This document shows, one piece after another, positions 10,088 through 20,383 of a stretch of 64,000 nt of DNA. The notes beneath the pieces were generated by a model. That model did no database searches and had not been told where the DNA came from. It was given only the letters and a program-made list of their open reading frames with translations. This DNA comes from an uncultured Chlorobiaceae bacterium (GTDB lineage: Bacteria; Bacteroidota; Chlorobiia; Chlorobiales; Chlorobiaceae). The translations under genes were made by a program, and so were the position numbers. Each line of letters begins with the position of its first letter. Position 1 is the stretch's first letter. The DNA is taken from the NCBI GenBank assembly GCA_903843305.1, contig CAIMPI010000042.1, positions 4,920-68,919 of the forward strand. The letters are read 5' to 3'.

Positions 10088-10399
10088 ATGATCGAAAAAA
10101 TAAAATCTGCTGTTATCAAAGGCAGGATCGAGTGGCAGAAGCACGCTCTTGAAAGAATGCTGGAAAGAAAAATAGCCCGAAGTAGTGTGAAAGAAGTATT
10201 GCTTACAGGTGAACTCATTGAGAGTTATTCGAACGATAAACCTTATGCAAGTTATCTTGTGTCAGGTAAAGACGGTTCAGAAGTATACCATATTGTGGTA
10301 TCGTACGATGAAAAAAATGAGACTTGTTTTATTATTACCGTGTACAGGCCTGACTTGAAGTATTTCGAATCTGATTTAAAAACTAGAAAAAGGAAATGA
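10088..10399 (+). CDS. DUF4258-family protein (putative toxin)
   Basis: HALERMLER motif, GELIESY..DKPY.SYLV, IITVYRPD; overlaps the next gene by ATGA. Confidence 0.75.
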   Translation: MIEKIKSAVIKGRIEWQKHALERMLERKIARSSVKEVLLTGELIESYSNDKPYASYLVSGKDGSEVYHIVVSYDEKNETCFIITVYRPDLKYFESDLKTRKRK

Positions 10400-10641
10400 A
10401 TACGAATACCGCAATCTCTTCCTGTCCTTTATGCGGAGGCGAGAAAACAGGGGGAAAAACAACAATAACAGTCGATCTTGGCTACGGGTTAGTGGTTATC
10501 AGAGATGTTCCTGCTACAGTCTGTGCGCTTTGTGGTGCAGACTGGATTGGTGATGCTATTGCTGACAAGATTGAACGTATTGTTGAGGAAGCTCGCCAAA
10601 AGCATAGTCAGATGGAAGTTATCAGCTTAAAAGCAAGTTAA
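10396..10641 (+). CDS. YgiT-type zinc finger protein (MqsA-like putative antitoxin)
   Basis: CPLCGG...VIRDVPATVCALCG pattern. Confidence 0.8.
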   Translation: MNTNTAISSCPLCGGEKTGGKTTITVDLGYGLVVIRDVPATVCALCGADWIGDAIADKIERIVEEARQKHSQMEVISLKAS

Positions 10642-10657
10642 ACTATCTGTTTTATTA

Positions 10658-11740
10658 GTGAATCAACCTTTTTCATTTTCAATAGAGCATCTTGTTCCTG
10701 GAATCATCTCGTTCGTGGTGTCGGTGCTTCTGGTGGTGTCAAAAAAATGGCACGGCAAGCATTCGCTGGATACAACCGATGGTGTCCAAAAATTTCATGT
10801 TGCTCCTACTCCTCGTATTGGTGGTGTTGCTATTTTTCTCGGGTTGATTTGTGCTTGGTGCTTAGCTTCTGGTTCGACCGCTCAACTTTTCGGACAAATG
10901 CTAATTGCCAGTTTACCGGCATTTGCTGCTGGTTTGCTTGAAGATGTGACCAAAAAAGTTGGTGTTCGCGATCGTCTTGTTGCAACAATGCTTAGCGCGG
11001 TGGCTGCGTGGTGGCTTACTGGCTACAGCCTTACTCGTGTTGATGTGTGGGGTGTTGATGTGTTGCTCGCTTATGCGCCGATTTCAATAGCGTTTACTGC
11101 GTTTGCCATTGCTGGAGTAGCAAACGCGACAAACATTATTGATGGTTTTAATGGGTTAGCTTCGGGCACGGTAATGATCTGCTTTACTGCTCTTGGGTTG
11201 ATTGCGTGGCAGGTTGGCGACTTTCAGTTGCTTCAATTGTGTGTCATCATGACCGTCGTTACCGGCGGTTTTTTTGTTGTTAATTTTCCTTTTGGGAAAT
11301 TGTTTATGGGTGATGGCGGAGCGTACCTGCTGGGGTTTCTGCTTGCATGGGTTGCCGTTATGCTGCCGATGCGCAATCCGCAAGTTTCAGTATGGGCGCC
11401 CTTGTTGGTGTGTGGCTATCCTGTTATTGAAACCATTTTCAGTATGGGCCGTCGTTACTGGAATAAAACTCATGCAGGTCAACCTGATAGCGCTCATCTG
11501 CATAGTCTTATAAAAGTTAACGTTGTCAACCGTCGTGTCCCGCATTTACCTCAACCTATACGTAATAGCTTAGTCGCACCATTTTGCTGGGTATTTACAG
11601 GCTTGCTCTCAGGTTTTGCTGTTTGGCAGTACAATCGTATCGATTTTCTTGTTGCAGCATGGTTCGGTGGTTTTATTGTTTATGCCATGCTCTATGATCG
11701 GGTTAGACGAGGTGTAACTTTTTCTGTACATCAAATGTGA
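10658..11740 (+). CDS. Polyprenyl-phosphate HexNAc-1-phosphate transferase (WecA/MraY-like)
   Basis: PTPRIGGVAIF, NATNIIDGFNGLA and FMGDGGAY motifs; polytopic membrane protein. Confidence 0.9.
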   Translation: MNQPFSFSIEHLVPGIISFVVSVLLVVSKKWHGKHSLDTTDGVQKFHVAPTPRIGGVAIFLGLICAWCLASGSTAQLFGQMLIASLPAFAAGLLEDVTKKVGVRDRLVATMLSAVAAWWLTGYSLTRVDVWGVDVLLAYAPISIAFTAFAIAGVANATNIIDGFNGLASGTVMICFTALGLIAWQVGDFQLLQLCVIMTVVTGGFFVVNFPFGKLFMGDGGAYLLGFLLAWVAVMLPMRNPQVSVWAPLLVCGYPVIETIFSMGRRYWNKTHAGQPDSAHLHSLIKVNVVNRRVPHLPQPIRNSLVAPFCWVFTGLLSGFAVWQYNRIDFLVAAWFGGFIVYAMLYDRVRRGVTFSVHQM

Positions 11741-11809
11741 AGCCATGAGTCAGCAATTCACACCCTTAATCTATTTGGCAGTGATTAACCCCCAACCGAA
11801 TTTAAAGCA

Positions 11810-12835
11810 ATGAATATAGGTCAACATATGAAAGTACTAGTTACTGGTTCTGCGGGTTTTATTGGCTCTACCTTGGTTTTTCGGCTTTTGGAGCGTGGCG
11901 ATTCAGTCATTGGTATTGACAACCACAACAACTACTACGATCCCGCGATAAAAGAAGCCCGGCTGGCGCGTTTTGTCAACCATCCCAATTACACACACCT
12001 TCGTATCGACCTGGCAGATCGACAAGCAATATATGATTGCTTTGCAAAGCATAAGCCCCAGCGTGTCGTGAATCTTGCGGCGCAAGCTGGTGTGCGTTAC
12101 TCCATCGATAACCCGCTCGCCTACATCGACAGCAACATCGTCGGCTTTGCTCACATCCTCGAAGGTTGCCGCCACAACGGGGTCGAGCATCTTGTCTACG
12201 CCAGCAGCTCCAGTGTCTATGGTGCCAACACCGCCATGCCGTTCTCAATCCATCAGAACGTCGATCACCCGCTGAGCCTTTACGCCGCGAGCAAAAAGGC
12301 TAACGAATTAATGGCGCATACCTACAGTCATCTCTACAACCTGCCGACCACTGGGTTGCGTTTCTTCACCGTCTATGGCCCTTGGGGTCGGCCGGACATG
12401 GCCCTATTCAAGTTCACCAAGGCCATTCTTGCTGGCGAAGCCATTCAGGTATTTAACTACGGCAAGCATCGGCGCGACTTCACTTATATCGACGACATCG
12501 TCGAGGGTGTCATCCGTGTCCTAGCTCGTCCGGCTCGATCCAACCCGGACTGGAACGGCGACCAGCCTGACCCCGGTACCAGCAAGGCGCCATGGCGCGT
12601 TTACAATATCGGTAATAACAGCCCGGTGGAACTCATGGACTATATCGGTGCCCTCGAAAAAGCTTTGGGAAAGAGGGCCAAGATGGAGCTGTTGCCTTTG
12701 CAGGCTGGCGATGTGCCCGACACATACGCCAACGTCGAGGACTTGGTCGAGCAATTCCACTATAAACCTGCCACGACCGTTGCGGACGGCATCGCCCGTT
12801 TTATCGTCTGGTATCGCAACTACTTCAAAGTCTAA
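11810..12835 (+). CDS. NAD-dependent UDP-uronate 4-epimerase (Uge/CapI-like)
   Basis: [28 protein letters not shown] and [15 protein letters not shown] motifs. Confidence 0.92.
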   Translation: MNIGQHMKVLVTGSAGFIGSTLVFRLLERGDSVIGIDNHNNYYDPAIKEARLARFVNHPNYTHLRIDLADRQAIYDCFAKHKPQRVVNLAAQAGVRYSIDNPLAYIDSNIVGFAHILEGCRHNGVEHLVYASSSSVYGANTAMPFSIHQNVDHPLSLYAASKKANELMAHTYSHLYNLPTTGLRFFTVYGPWGRPDMALFKFTKAILAGEAIQVFNYGKHRRDFTYIDDIVEGVIRVLARPARSNPDWNGDQPDPGTSKAPWRVYNIGNNSPVELMDYIGALEKALGKRAKMELLPLQAGDVPDTYANVEDLVEQFHYKPATTVADGIARFIVWYRNYFKV

Positions 12836-12846
12836 AGAGAGAGTAA

Positions 12847-14121
12847 ATGCAATTACAAGACATCAAGCTTGCCATCTTGGGACTAGGTTATGTTGGTTTG
12901 CCACTCGCTGTTGAGTTCGGACAAAAACGATCTGTTATTGGTTTCGATATCAATCAGCGTCGGATCCATGAATTGCAGGACGGAAATGATTTAACTCTGG
13001 AAACTACTCCGGAAGAACTCGCAGCGGCTAAAAAGCTCACCTACACCACAAACCTTGACGACCTACGAGCATGCAACTGCTACATCGTTACCGTCCCAAC
13101 CCCGATAGACGAACACAAGCGTCCTGATCTGACCCCGCTAATCAAAGCCAGCGAAACCGTTGGCAAGGTACTTACATCGGGTGATATCATCATTTACGAA
13201 TCCACTGTTTACCCTGGCTGCACCGAAGAAGACTGCGTGCCCGTGCTGGAAAAACATTCTGGTCTCAAGTTCAACCAAGACTTCTATTGCGGCTACAGCC
13301 CGGAACGCATCAACCCCGGCGACAAGGAACACCGCGTCACAACCATAAAGAAGGTCACTTCCGGTTCCACCCCTGAAATCGCCGATTTAGTTGACACACT
13401 GTACAACGAGATCATCACCGCAGGCACCCACAAGGCCGAAAGCATCAAGGTCGCTGAAGCCGCCAAGGTCATCGAAAACACCCAGCGTGATTTGAACATC
13501 GCACTCATGAACGAACTCGCACTTATTTTCAATAAGTTGGGTATCGATACCGAAGCAGTGCTCAAGGCTGCGGGCAGTAAATGGAACTTTTTGCCATTTC
13601 GCCCCGGTTTGGTAGGGGGGCACTGCATCGGTGTTGATCCATATTACCTGACACACAAAGCCCAATCCATCGGCTATCACCCGGAAATCATTCTGGCGGG
13701 TCGCCGTCTGAATGACAGCATGGGCACATATGCGGTGGCCCAACTGGTGAAAGCCATGACCAAGCGTCGCATACAGGTCGAAGGAGCTAAAGTCCTCGTA
13801 ATGGGCCTCACCTTCAAGGAAAACTGCCCAGACCTCCGCAATACCCGCGTGGTGGATATAGTGAAAGAATTGCAAGATTACAACTGCGAAGTGGATGTGT
13901 ATGAACCCTGGGGTGATGTGGTCGAGGCGCAGCGCGAATACGGCATTATCCCCATCACCGAACCTAATCCGGATACCTACGACAGCATTATTCTCGCCGT
14001 GGCACATCATCAGTTCAAGCAAATGGGCGCAGCTGGCATTCGCAAATTCGGCAAGCCAGAGCATGTGTTGTATGACCTGAAATATGTGCTCAAGGCTGAT
14101 GAATCGGACTTGCGGTTGTAA
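12847..14121 (+). CDS. UDP-N-acetylhexosamine C-6 dehydrogenase (TviB/WbpO/CapL-like)
   Basis: [35 protein letters not shown] and [10 protein letters not shown] motifs. Confidence 0.93.
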   Translation: MQLQDIKLAILGLGYVGLPLAVEFGQKRSVIGFDINQRRIHELQDGNDLTLETTPEELAAAKKLTYTTNLDDLRACNCYIVTVPTPIDEHKRPDLTPLIKASETVGKVLTSGDIIIYESTVYPGCTEEDCVPVLEKHSGLKFNQDFYCGYSPERINPGDKEHRVTTIKKVTSGSTPEIADLVDTLYNEIITAGTHKAESIKVAEAAKVIENTQRDLNIALMNELALIFNKLGIDTEAVLKAAGSKWNFLPFRPGLVGGHCIGVDPYYLTHKAQSIGYHPEIILAGRRLNDSMGTYAVAQLVKAMTKRRIQVEGAKVLVMGLTFKENCPDLRNTRVVDIVKELQDYNCEVDVYEPWGDVVEAQREYGIIPITEPNPDTYDSIILAVAHHQFKQMGAAGIRKFGKPEHVLYDLKYVLKADESDLRL

Positions 14122-14184
14122 CCACGATCAATTTGACTCATTGCCAAAAATTAAAGCGATTTTTTATCACAAAAGACTTCATTC

Positions 14185-14727
14185 ATGAAACTCCACCTAG
14201 GCTGTGGCAAACGGCATATTCCCGGTTTTATTCATATCGACGCGATTGACTATCCCCATGTCGATCATGTCGCGACCATCGACAATCTCTCATTCCTTGG
14301 TGACGACACGGTCGACCTTATCTACAACTGTCACGTGCTCGAACATTTCAAGCGGCGGGAAGTTGCCAAGGTACTATCCGAGTGGAAACGGGTGTTGAAA
14401 CCGGGCGGCATATTGCGCATCTCAGTACCTGATTTCAGCAGTTTGTGCGAGGTTTATAAGCGTAATGGCAAACTTGAAGAAGTTGTAGGCGCCTTGTTTG
14501 GTCGTCAGGATTACCTCTACAACATCCATTACAACGTTTTCGATTACGCATCTCTGTCGAAAGCTCTCGAAGATCTTGGTTTAGAAAATGTGCGTCGCTA
14601 CGACTGGCGTGAAACCGAACATACTGAGATCGATGACTACTCTCAAGCCTATATTCCACACATGGACAAAGAGCACGGCCTACTCATCAGCCTGAACATT
14701 GAGTGTACCAAGCCCCTTCATCCGTGA
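14185..14727 (+). CDS. Class I SAM-dependent methyltransferase (type 11-like)
   Basis: KLHLGCG motif I, HVLEH, RVLKPGGILRISVPD. Confidence 0.85.
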   Translation: MKLHLGCGKRHIPGFIHIDAIDYPHVDHVATIDNLSFLGDDTVDLIYNCHVLEHFKRREVAKVLSEWKRVLKPGGILRISVPDFSSLCEVYKRNGKLEEVVGALFGRQDYLYNIHYNVFDYASLSKALEDLGLENVRRYDWRETEHTEIDDYSQAYIPHMDKEHGLLISLNIECTKPLHP

Positions 14728-16055
14728 GTGACGTCCGTGAGATGTTGTTGCATTCGCGCACGCGTACCATATTGACCTCGGCAGCTACATTCAGTGCCTT
14801 GTCGCTGCTACCCAAACTATTGGTGGTAGCCAAGGATGTGGCGGCCGCGTTCTATTTTGGTACCGGACAGGCGCTCGATGTCTATCTCATGGCCTTGGTG
14901 CTGATCGGTATGCCGGTTTCGATCATTGTTGTTGCGCTACAGACCACCCTGATCCCGGCGCTGGTGGGCAAGGACGTAGATACTGCGGCGGGCCTTCTTG
15001 GAAGCGCCCTAAAGTTTTCACTGCTTGCCCTGCTGATCGTGCTCCCTGTCTGGCTGTTAATGCTTCCTTCCGCACTAAATGTGCTTTACCCAGGGGCGAC
15101 AGATTCGACGAAGTCAAATTTGCAGGAGGCCTGCTATTGGATGATCCCATACTATTTCCTTAATGGTATAAATCTACTCATGTATGGCGCACTGCAAGCG
15201 CGCAAGGTGTTCTGGCTCAATGCCCTATTGCCCAGTATGTTCCCAATCGCTATCCTTGCTGCGCTCTGGTTTACGCAAGAAGCTGATATTCACGCCCTCC
15301 TGATAGGTACAGCTACCGGCAGTTTGCTCGAATGCTTGGTACTCTTTGGAATGCTTATGCGTAGCGGTTGGTTTAAATGGAGATCGACCGCAGGGTACGG
15401 GCTACGTTCGGTCTTGCAAAAGTCACTACCGCTCATGTTTGGCGGAATACTCGGTTCCTTGGCGCCCCTCGTGGAACAGATTATTTCGTTCAGCTTGGGA
15501 CCGGGGGCAGTGTCGTTGTTAAGTTATGGTAACAAAGTGCCAGCAGCAGTGAACACCCTACTCGTAACGGCTATTGGTATAGTAATTTTGCCGCATTTCG
15601 CAGATCTGATAGCCGCACGGCAATGGCGGGAATGTCGTGAACTGCATTTACGGCTTTCGCTCATCATTATGGCAATCGGGGCCACTGTCACAGCGGGCGG
15701 GTTCGCATTTGCCAACGACATCATCCGGCTGCTGTTCGAACGTGGTGCCTTCACCCCTACTGACAGTGGTGAAGCCGCCAATGTCATGCGTGCTTACTTG
15801 TTGCAGTTACCGTTCCTCTTGGCAGCCATGGTGTCACTACGAACACTGGCGGCGATGGGTAAGACAACAGCCATGACAGCTATCGTCGCCACACAACTGA
15901 TCTTCGGCAGTAGTCTCGCCTATCTATTTAGTGGTTATTTCGGAGTCACGGGCGTGGCTATAGGGACTGCCGTTGGCACATTAATCAGTATGTGCCTTCT
16001 TGCTTGGGCGGCACGGCGTGGAATTAAAGAACAACTCAGTAGAGAACCGACATGA
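14724..16055 (+). CDS. MurJ/MviN-like MOP-family flippase
   Basis: FGTGQALDVY, VILPHF and RLLFERGAFT motifs typical of MviN. The GTG start overlaps the upstream stop; the ORF track starts at 14703. Confidence 0.85.
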   Translation: MSDVREMLLHSRTRTILTSAATFSALSLLPKLLVVAKDVAAAFYFGTGQALDVYLMALVLIGMPVSIIVVALQTTLIPALVGKDVDTAAGLLGSALKFSLLALLIVLPVWLLMLPSALNVLYPGATDSTKSNLQEACYWMIPYYFLNGINLLMYGALQARKVFWLNALLPSMFPIAILAALWFTQEADIHALLIGTATGSLLECLVLFGMLMRSGWFKWRSTAGYGLRSVLQKSLPLMFGGILGSLAPLVEQIISFSLGPGAVSLLSYGNKVPAAVNTLLVTAIGIVILPHFADLIAARQWRECRELHLRLSLIIMAIGATVTAGGFAFANDIIRLLFERGAFTPTDSGEAANVMRAYLLQLPFLLAAMVSLRTLAAMGKTTAMTAIVATQLIFGSSLAYLFSGYFGVTGVAIGTAVGTLISMCLLAWAARRGIKEQLSREPT

Positions 16056-17176
16056 AACGCGTCTGCTTGTTCAACTTTCCTCCAATGGAAAATTTCAACG
16101 GCTATCAAATCGAAACTTTCGATCCGCTGGCCTATTTTTCCAAAGGATCATGCTGGTCAATATCGGACCTAATCGTAGGTGGGCTGAATGGTTGGGACAA
16201 GCGCCGCGCTCTCTTCTCTGGTGCCGCCGGGGTAGACCGGCTTTATCGTGAGCGCGATCCCGACTACATGCGCATGGTGGGTGATTTTATCGACCGCTTC
16301 CGTAACTTCGACCTTATTCTATTTTTGAATTACACGTTCATTCACCCAGAGATACTGGCACGCGAATTCAGAAAGCCAATTAAGGTACTTGGGTTTGGCG
16401 ATGACCCTCTGTCTACTTACGTGCGTGGCATCCCCTATCTTTGGGCGTTCGATGGGGCATTTTTCATTTCACCCAGTTATATCGACAACCTTCCATTTGA
16501 GATGGCAATAAAACGCTGGGGTGACAAGCCAACGACTTGGTGGCCGCTGGTAATGTCGTCTTTTCAGAAGCCAGAACGTGATGATGACGCATTTTTCGGT
16601 TACAGGGATATTGATTTGGTCTATGTGGGCAACCACTACGGACCAAAAGTTGACCGTCTCATCCGTCTAAAACGGCACTTCGGCTCCCGTATGCGAGTGC
16701 ACGGCCGTTGGTCGCTCAATGGATACGCGGGTTTTGTCCGCGGTTTGCTGGGTAAACCGGTGTTTCCGTACCGTGTGACGAGTCTCAGCCAGGCGGCGCG
16801 TACCGCGCTTTATTGGCGCGCAAAAATTGGCTTCAACATGCATTTTTCGGATATTCCAAGCGAATGCGGCAACATGCGCACCTACGAGACGCCAGCGCAT
16901 GGCATGCTGATGGTCTGCGATAAGGCCAGCGCAAACGCTCATGCGCGCATCTTTGAGCCTGATAAGGAAGCCGTTTATTACGATACCATCGATCAGGCGA
17001 TTGAATTAATCGAACACTATCTGAACAACAAGGAAGATCGCGTTCGTATTGCAAAAGCAGGGTTTGAACGCTATTGGCAGGATTATGAGGCAGAGGGCAA
17101 TCTACTTAACCTGCTCAACTGGGCAGTCGGACTTCAAAAAAAAAATTCACAGGATCGCAATGATGGCGAGCAATGA
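16052..17176 (+). CDS. Glycosyltransferase, CgeB/Glyco_trans_1_2-like
   Basis: KIGFNMH, NMRTYETPAHG and EAVYYDTIDQAIELIEHYL motifs. Confidence 0.8.
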   Translation: MKRVCLFNFPPMENFNGYQIETFDPLAYFSKGSCWSISDLIVGGLNGWDKRRALFSGAAGVDRLYRERDPDYMRMVGDFIDRFRNFDLILFLNYTFIHPEILAREFRKPIKVLGFGDDPLSTYVRGIPYLWAFDGAFFISPSYIDNLPFEMAIKRWGDKPTTWWPLVMSSFQKPERDDDAFFGYRDIDLVYVGNHYGPKVDRLIRLKRHFGSRMRVHGRWSLNGYAGFVRGLLGKPVFPYRVTSLSQAARTALYWRAKIGFNMHFSDIPSECGNMRTYETPAHGMLMVCDKASANAHARIFEPDKEAVYYDTIDQAIELIEHYLNNKEDRVRIAKAGFERYWQDYEAEGNLLNLLNWAVGLQKKNSQDRNDGEQ

Positions 17177-18006
17177 AGAAAATCAAGACAAAGCGGGACA
17201 GAATTATTGGAACCAAACATGGGAAGGATACCCTTTGCCTAGTGTATGGGATGTAGACTCCAAAAACTTATCAAAATATGTTGAGCACGAGTTTTTTAAT
17301 TTTATTGCGAAGACTCTTGAAAAGCTGGGAAAAACTTCACCGAATGTAAAACTTATTGAGGTTGGTTGCGCTAGGTACGCAAGTACTTCCTGTTTTAGCC
17401 AAGCGCTTGGGAGTGTCGGTTGCAGGTATCGATTACTCACCAAATGGTTGCGAGCAAACTCGGGCCATGTTTAAACGAGAAAGAGTTGCGGGTGACATTT
17501 ATTGCTTGGATATCTTCACTATTCCGCACGAACTTAAAGAACAGTTTGATGTCGTTGTTTCATTTGGTTTAATCGAACATTTTACAGCCACTAATGAAAT
17601 TGTTTCAGCATTGGCGGCTTTATTAAAGCCCGGTGGTGTGGTGATTACCTTTATTCCAAATATGCGAGGTACTACAGGGTTAGCACAAAAAATTCTGAAT
17701 CGTGAAATATTCGATATCCATATACCACTAACACTACACCAAGTGGAAATGGCGCACAAATCGGCCGGTCTACATGTAGTCACAACCACATATTTCCTAT
17801 CGACAAACTTTGGAGTAGTCAATATAGGGGAACCGAATTGGAAGAGTCTTGGTTGGTTCATTAAGAAAATCGTATCAGTGGTAATGACTCGCTTTTCAAT
17901 GGCCGCTTGGTTTTTAGAGCGTGTGCTAGGTAAATTGCCGAAAACACAACTTTTCTCGCCTTATGTAAATTGCGTTGCAGTGCGACCGAATAAAAATAAA
18001 TCGTGA
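17163..18006 (+). pseudogene. Class I SAM methyltransferase split by a +1 frameshift near 17377
   Basis: Frame 1 reads MASNEE...KLIEVGCAR. Frame 2 continues QVLPVLAKRLGVSVAGIDYS...FDVVVSFGLIEHF...LKPGG. Removing one base from AGGTACGCAA gives a continuous GCARSQVLP. Confidence 0.8.
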
Positions 18007-18228
18007 ATCACTTTGTCATTCTCCTGCACAAATTAAGGTCTTGCGGCTCAGAGACGCAGTTTAAAGTGCTAAGCGCTTAGCAACAAGTCGCACGGCAATC
18101 TTGCCCAAAACGAACCAAGATTATGTAGTCAGCTTCTTCGAGGGTTTTGGCATTTATGTCTTGATTTACAGGTGCATCTGTATAAAGTTTAGCCTTTTTA
18201 TTACCGAATCAATTCTTGTGGAGCGCTT

Positions 18229-19392
18229 ATGAAAAATCAGCAGCGCATGCAAGTTCCTCGCATCGCGATATTCCTACCTTCCCTCAACGGCGGTGGTGCC
18301 GAGCGTGTGATGGTGACGCTGGCAAACGCATTTGCTGCCCGTGGTTACGCGGTGGATTTGGTACTGGCTGTAGCGCAAGGGCCTTACTTGGTGAATGTAG
18401 CTGCAGCAGTGCGCATCGTCGATCTTAAGGCCGGACGGGTGATCAAGGCTCTGCCGCCGCTGGTGCGCTACCTTTGGCAAGAGCGGCCATTAGCCATGCT
18501 GTCGGCGATGACGCATGCCAATGTAGTCGCCATCTTGGCACGCATGCTGGCATGTGCGTCGGTTCGTCTGGTTGTTAGCGAGCGGTCAACGATCAGTGTG
18601 GAAGCCAGTCGCGCACAGGGTTTCGTCGAACGCAGCATTTACGCCTTAGTTCCAAAGCTATACACCTGTGCCGATGGCATCGTGGCAGTTTCGCAAGATG
18701 CAGCAGCAGATCTGGTTTGTTTTACTCACTTGCCTGCTTCCGCCGTCGAGTTCATCTACAACCCTTTTGATCTCGAACTCATCCAAAGGCGCGCTGCTGA
18801 AATTATCGATCATCCTTGGTTCGAACCTGGGCAGCTTCCTGTTGTGCTGGCAGTTGGCCGCTTGAATCAGGCTAAGGATTATCCTATACTAATTCGCGCA
18901 TTTGCCCGTTTGCGCAGTGAGGGACGTCTCTTCCGCCTGATGATTCTGGGCGAGGGGGAACTGCGAGATACTCTCGAAGCGCTGGTGGCCGAATGTGGTT
19001 TGAGCGTCAACGAGGTGCAACTGCCTGGTTTTTTTTCCAACCCGTTTGCCTATTTGGCACGGTGTGCGGTATTCGTTCTATCCTCACACTATGAGGGCTT
19101 GCCTGGCGCATTGATTGAGGCCATGGCCTGCGGTGCGCCAGTGGTAAGCACGGATTGCCCGAGCGGACCGTGCGAGATATTGGAAGGCGGTCGCTGGGGG
19201 AAACTGGTGTCGGTTGGCGATTTGGATGCATTGTCTAAGGCGATAGATACCGTACTTTCCACACTGCCTGCGCAGTTGCCGGATGTGCGCCAACGCGCTG
19301 CCGATTTTGAGGAGAGTAAGGCCGTTGATGCCTACCTGAAGGCCTTGGGGTTCGAGGTGCCCCAAAGAGCATTGGGGTTGGCTTTAGGTTAG
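18229..19392 (+). CDS. Glycosyltransferase family 4
   Basis: GGGAERV, VGRL..AKDY, SHYEGLPGALIEAMACGAPVVSTDCPSGP motifs. Confidence 0.92.
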   Translation: MKNQQRMQVPRIAIFLPSLNGGGAERVMVTLANAFAARGYAVDLVLAVAQGPYLVNVAAAVRIVDLKAGRVIKALPPLVRYLWQERPLAMLSAMTHANVVAILARMLACASVRLVVSERSTISVEASRAQGFVERSIYALVPKLYTCADGIVAVSQDAAADLVCFTHLPASAVEFIYNPFDLELIQRRAAEIIDHPWFEPGQLPVVLAVGRLNQAKDYPILIRAFARLRSEGRLFRLMILGEGELRDTLEALVAECGLSVNEVQLPGFFSNPFAYLARCAVFVLSSHYEGLPGALIEAMACGAPVVSTDCPSGPCEILEGGRWGKLVSVGDLDALSKAIDTVLSTLPAQLPDVRQRAADFEESKAVDAYLKALGFEVPQRALGLALG

Positions 19393-19518
19393 CTGCGACG
19401 AGGAAATAAGCCCCCGGCTCAGCAAAAAGTCGCTCCCGGAGAGCACCTGTAGCACATCATGACTATATTTTTTGAGTTTTAAGAGGCTCCACAAAAACAT
19501 CGTATGAGGTAACTGTAA

Positions 19519-20364
19519 ATGAAATTTCCTATAAAACTTAATCGCCTCTATTGGGGTAAAGTTTTGACACATATTTTTCCTTCTTCGGTTGATCCGCGTG
19601 TCTTATGCTCTGGAAAAATTGATGCCGTTTCTTTCACATCGGCGGTATCCGTACTAAAGTTTGGTACAACTCTTAAGACAACAAATAAAAAGCGATTTAC
19701 TCAAACGATTCAGGAGCTTGCAAACTTGAAATTTCAGGGGCTTCCCGTTGTTTTAGATGTTGGTGCTTCTGATGGTAGCGCATCAATCGATGTTATAAGA
19801 AATATTGAATTTAATAAGTACTATTTAACTGATTTAAATATTGAAATATTTTATAATATTTCAGGTGGTGCAACCTATTTTTATGATGAAAAAGGCGTTA
19901 ATATTTTAATGGTCAGTGATAAATGGGTTGTTTATTTCGATGCGGATGGGGCGATTTTTCCGTTCAATAAAATCTTAAATTTAATCAAGAGGCGCATTCC
20001 AAAATTAGTTGGTGGCAATAAAAAAATAGTTCTTATTAATCCAGAATTGCAAGCCCTTGTTAGTAGTAAAGTGGCTATTTGTAAATACAATATGTTTGAA
20101 GCGTGGAATCATGAGAAGGTGGATTTGATTGTCGCTGGAAATATTCTTAATCAGTGTTATTTCTCTGATTTTGAGATTTTAAATGTATTAAAAAATCTTA
20201 TTTCAGCGTTGAAAGAAAATGGGCGAATCGTCATTGTTGATAATCGCCCCCATGAGAAATCTAGTATTTTTAAATTTGTCAAAGGAGTTGTCAAACTTGA
20301 AAAAAGAATAAATGGAGGTACTGATATTGAAAGCTTAGTGTTAAACAACGATACATGGGAATAA
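19519..20364 (+). CDS. Putative SAM-dependent methyltransferase-fold protein, AT-rich gene
   Basis: VVLDVGASDG motif-I-like segment, VDLIVAGNILN, LKENGRIVIVD. Confidence 0.6.
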   Translation: MKFPIKLNRLYWGKVLTHIFPSSVDPRVLCSGKIDAVSFTSAVSVLKFGTTLKTTNKKRFTQTIQELANLKFQGLPVVLDVGASDGSASIDVIRNIEFNKYYLTDLNIEIFYNISGGATYFYDEKGVNILMVSDKWVVYFDADGAIFPFNKILNLIKRRIPKLVGGNKKIVLINPELQALVSSKVAICKYNMFEAWNHEKVDLIVAGNILNQCYFSDFEILNVLKNLISALKENGRIVIVDNRPHEKSSIFKFVKGVVKLEKRINGGTDIESLVLNNDTWE

Positions 20365-20383
20365 GCCGTATGAGGTATCGATA

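Noticed and set aside
13387-14064. Long antisense ORFs over GC-rich genes (also 24171..24815, 37772..38452, 42029..42604, 44926..45666, 46324..46803)
   Set aside because: Explained by codon bias on the opposite strand of well-supported genes.
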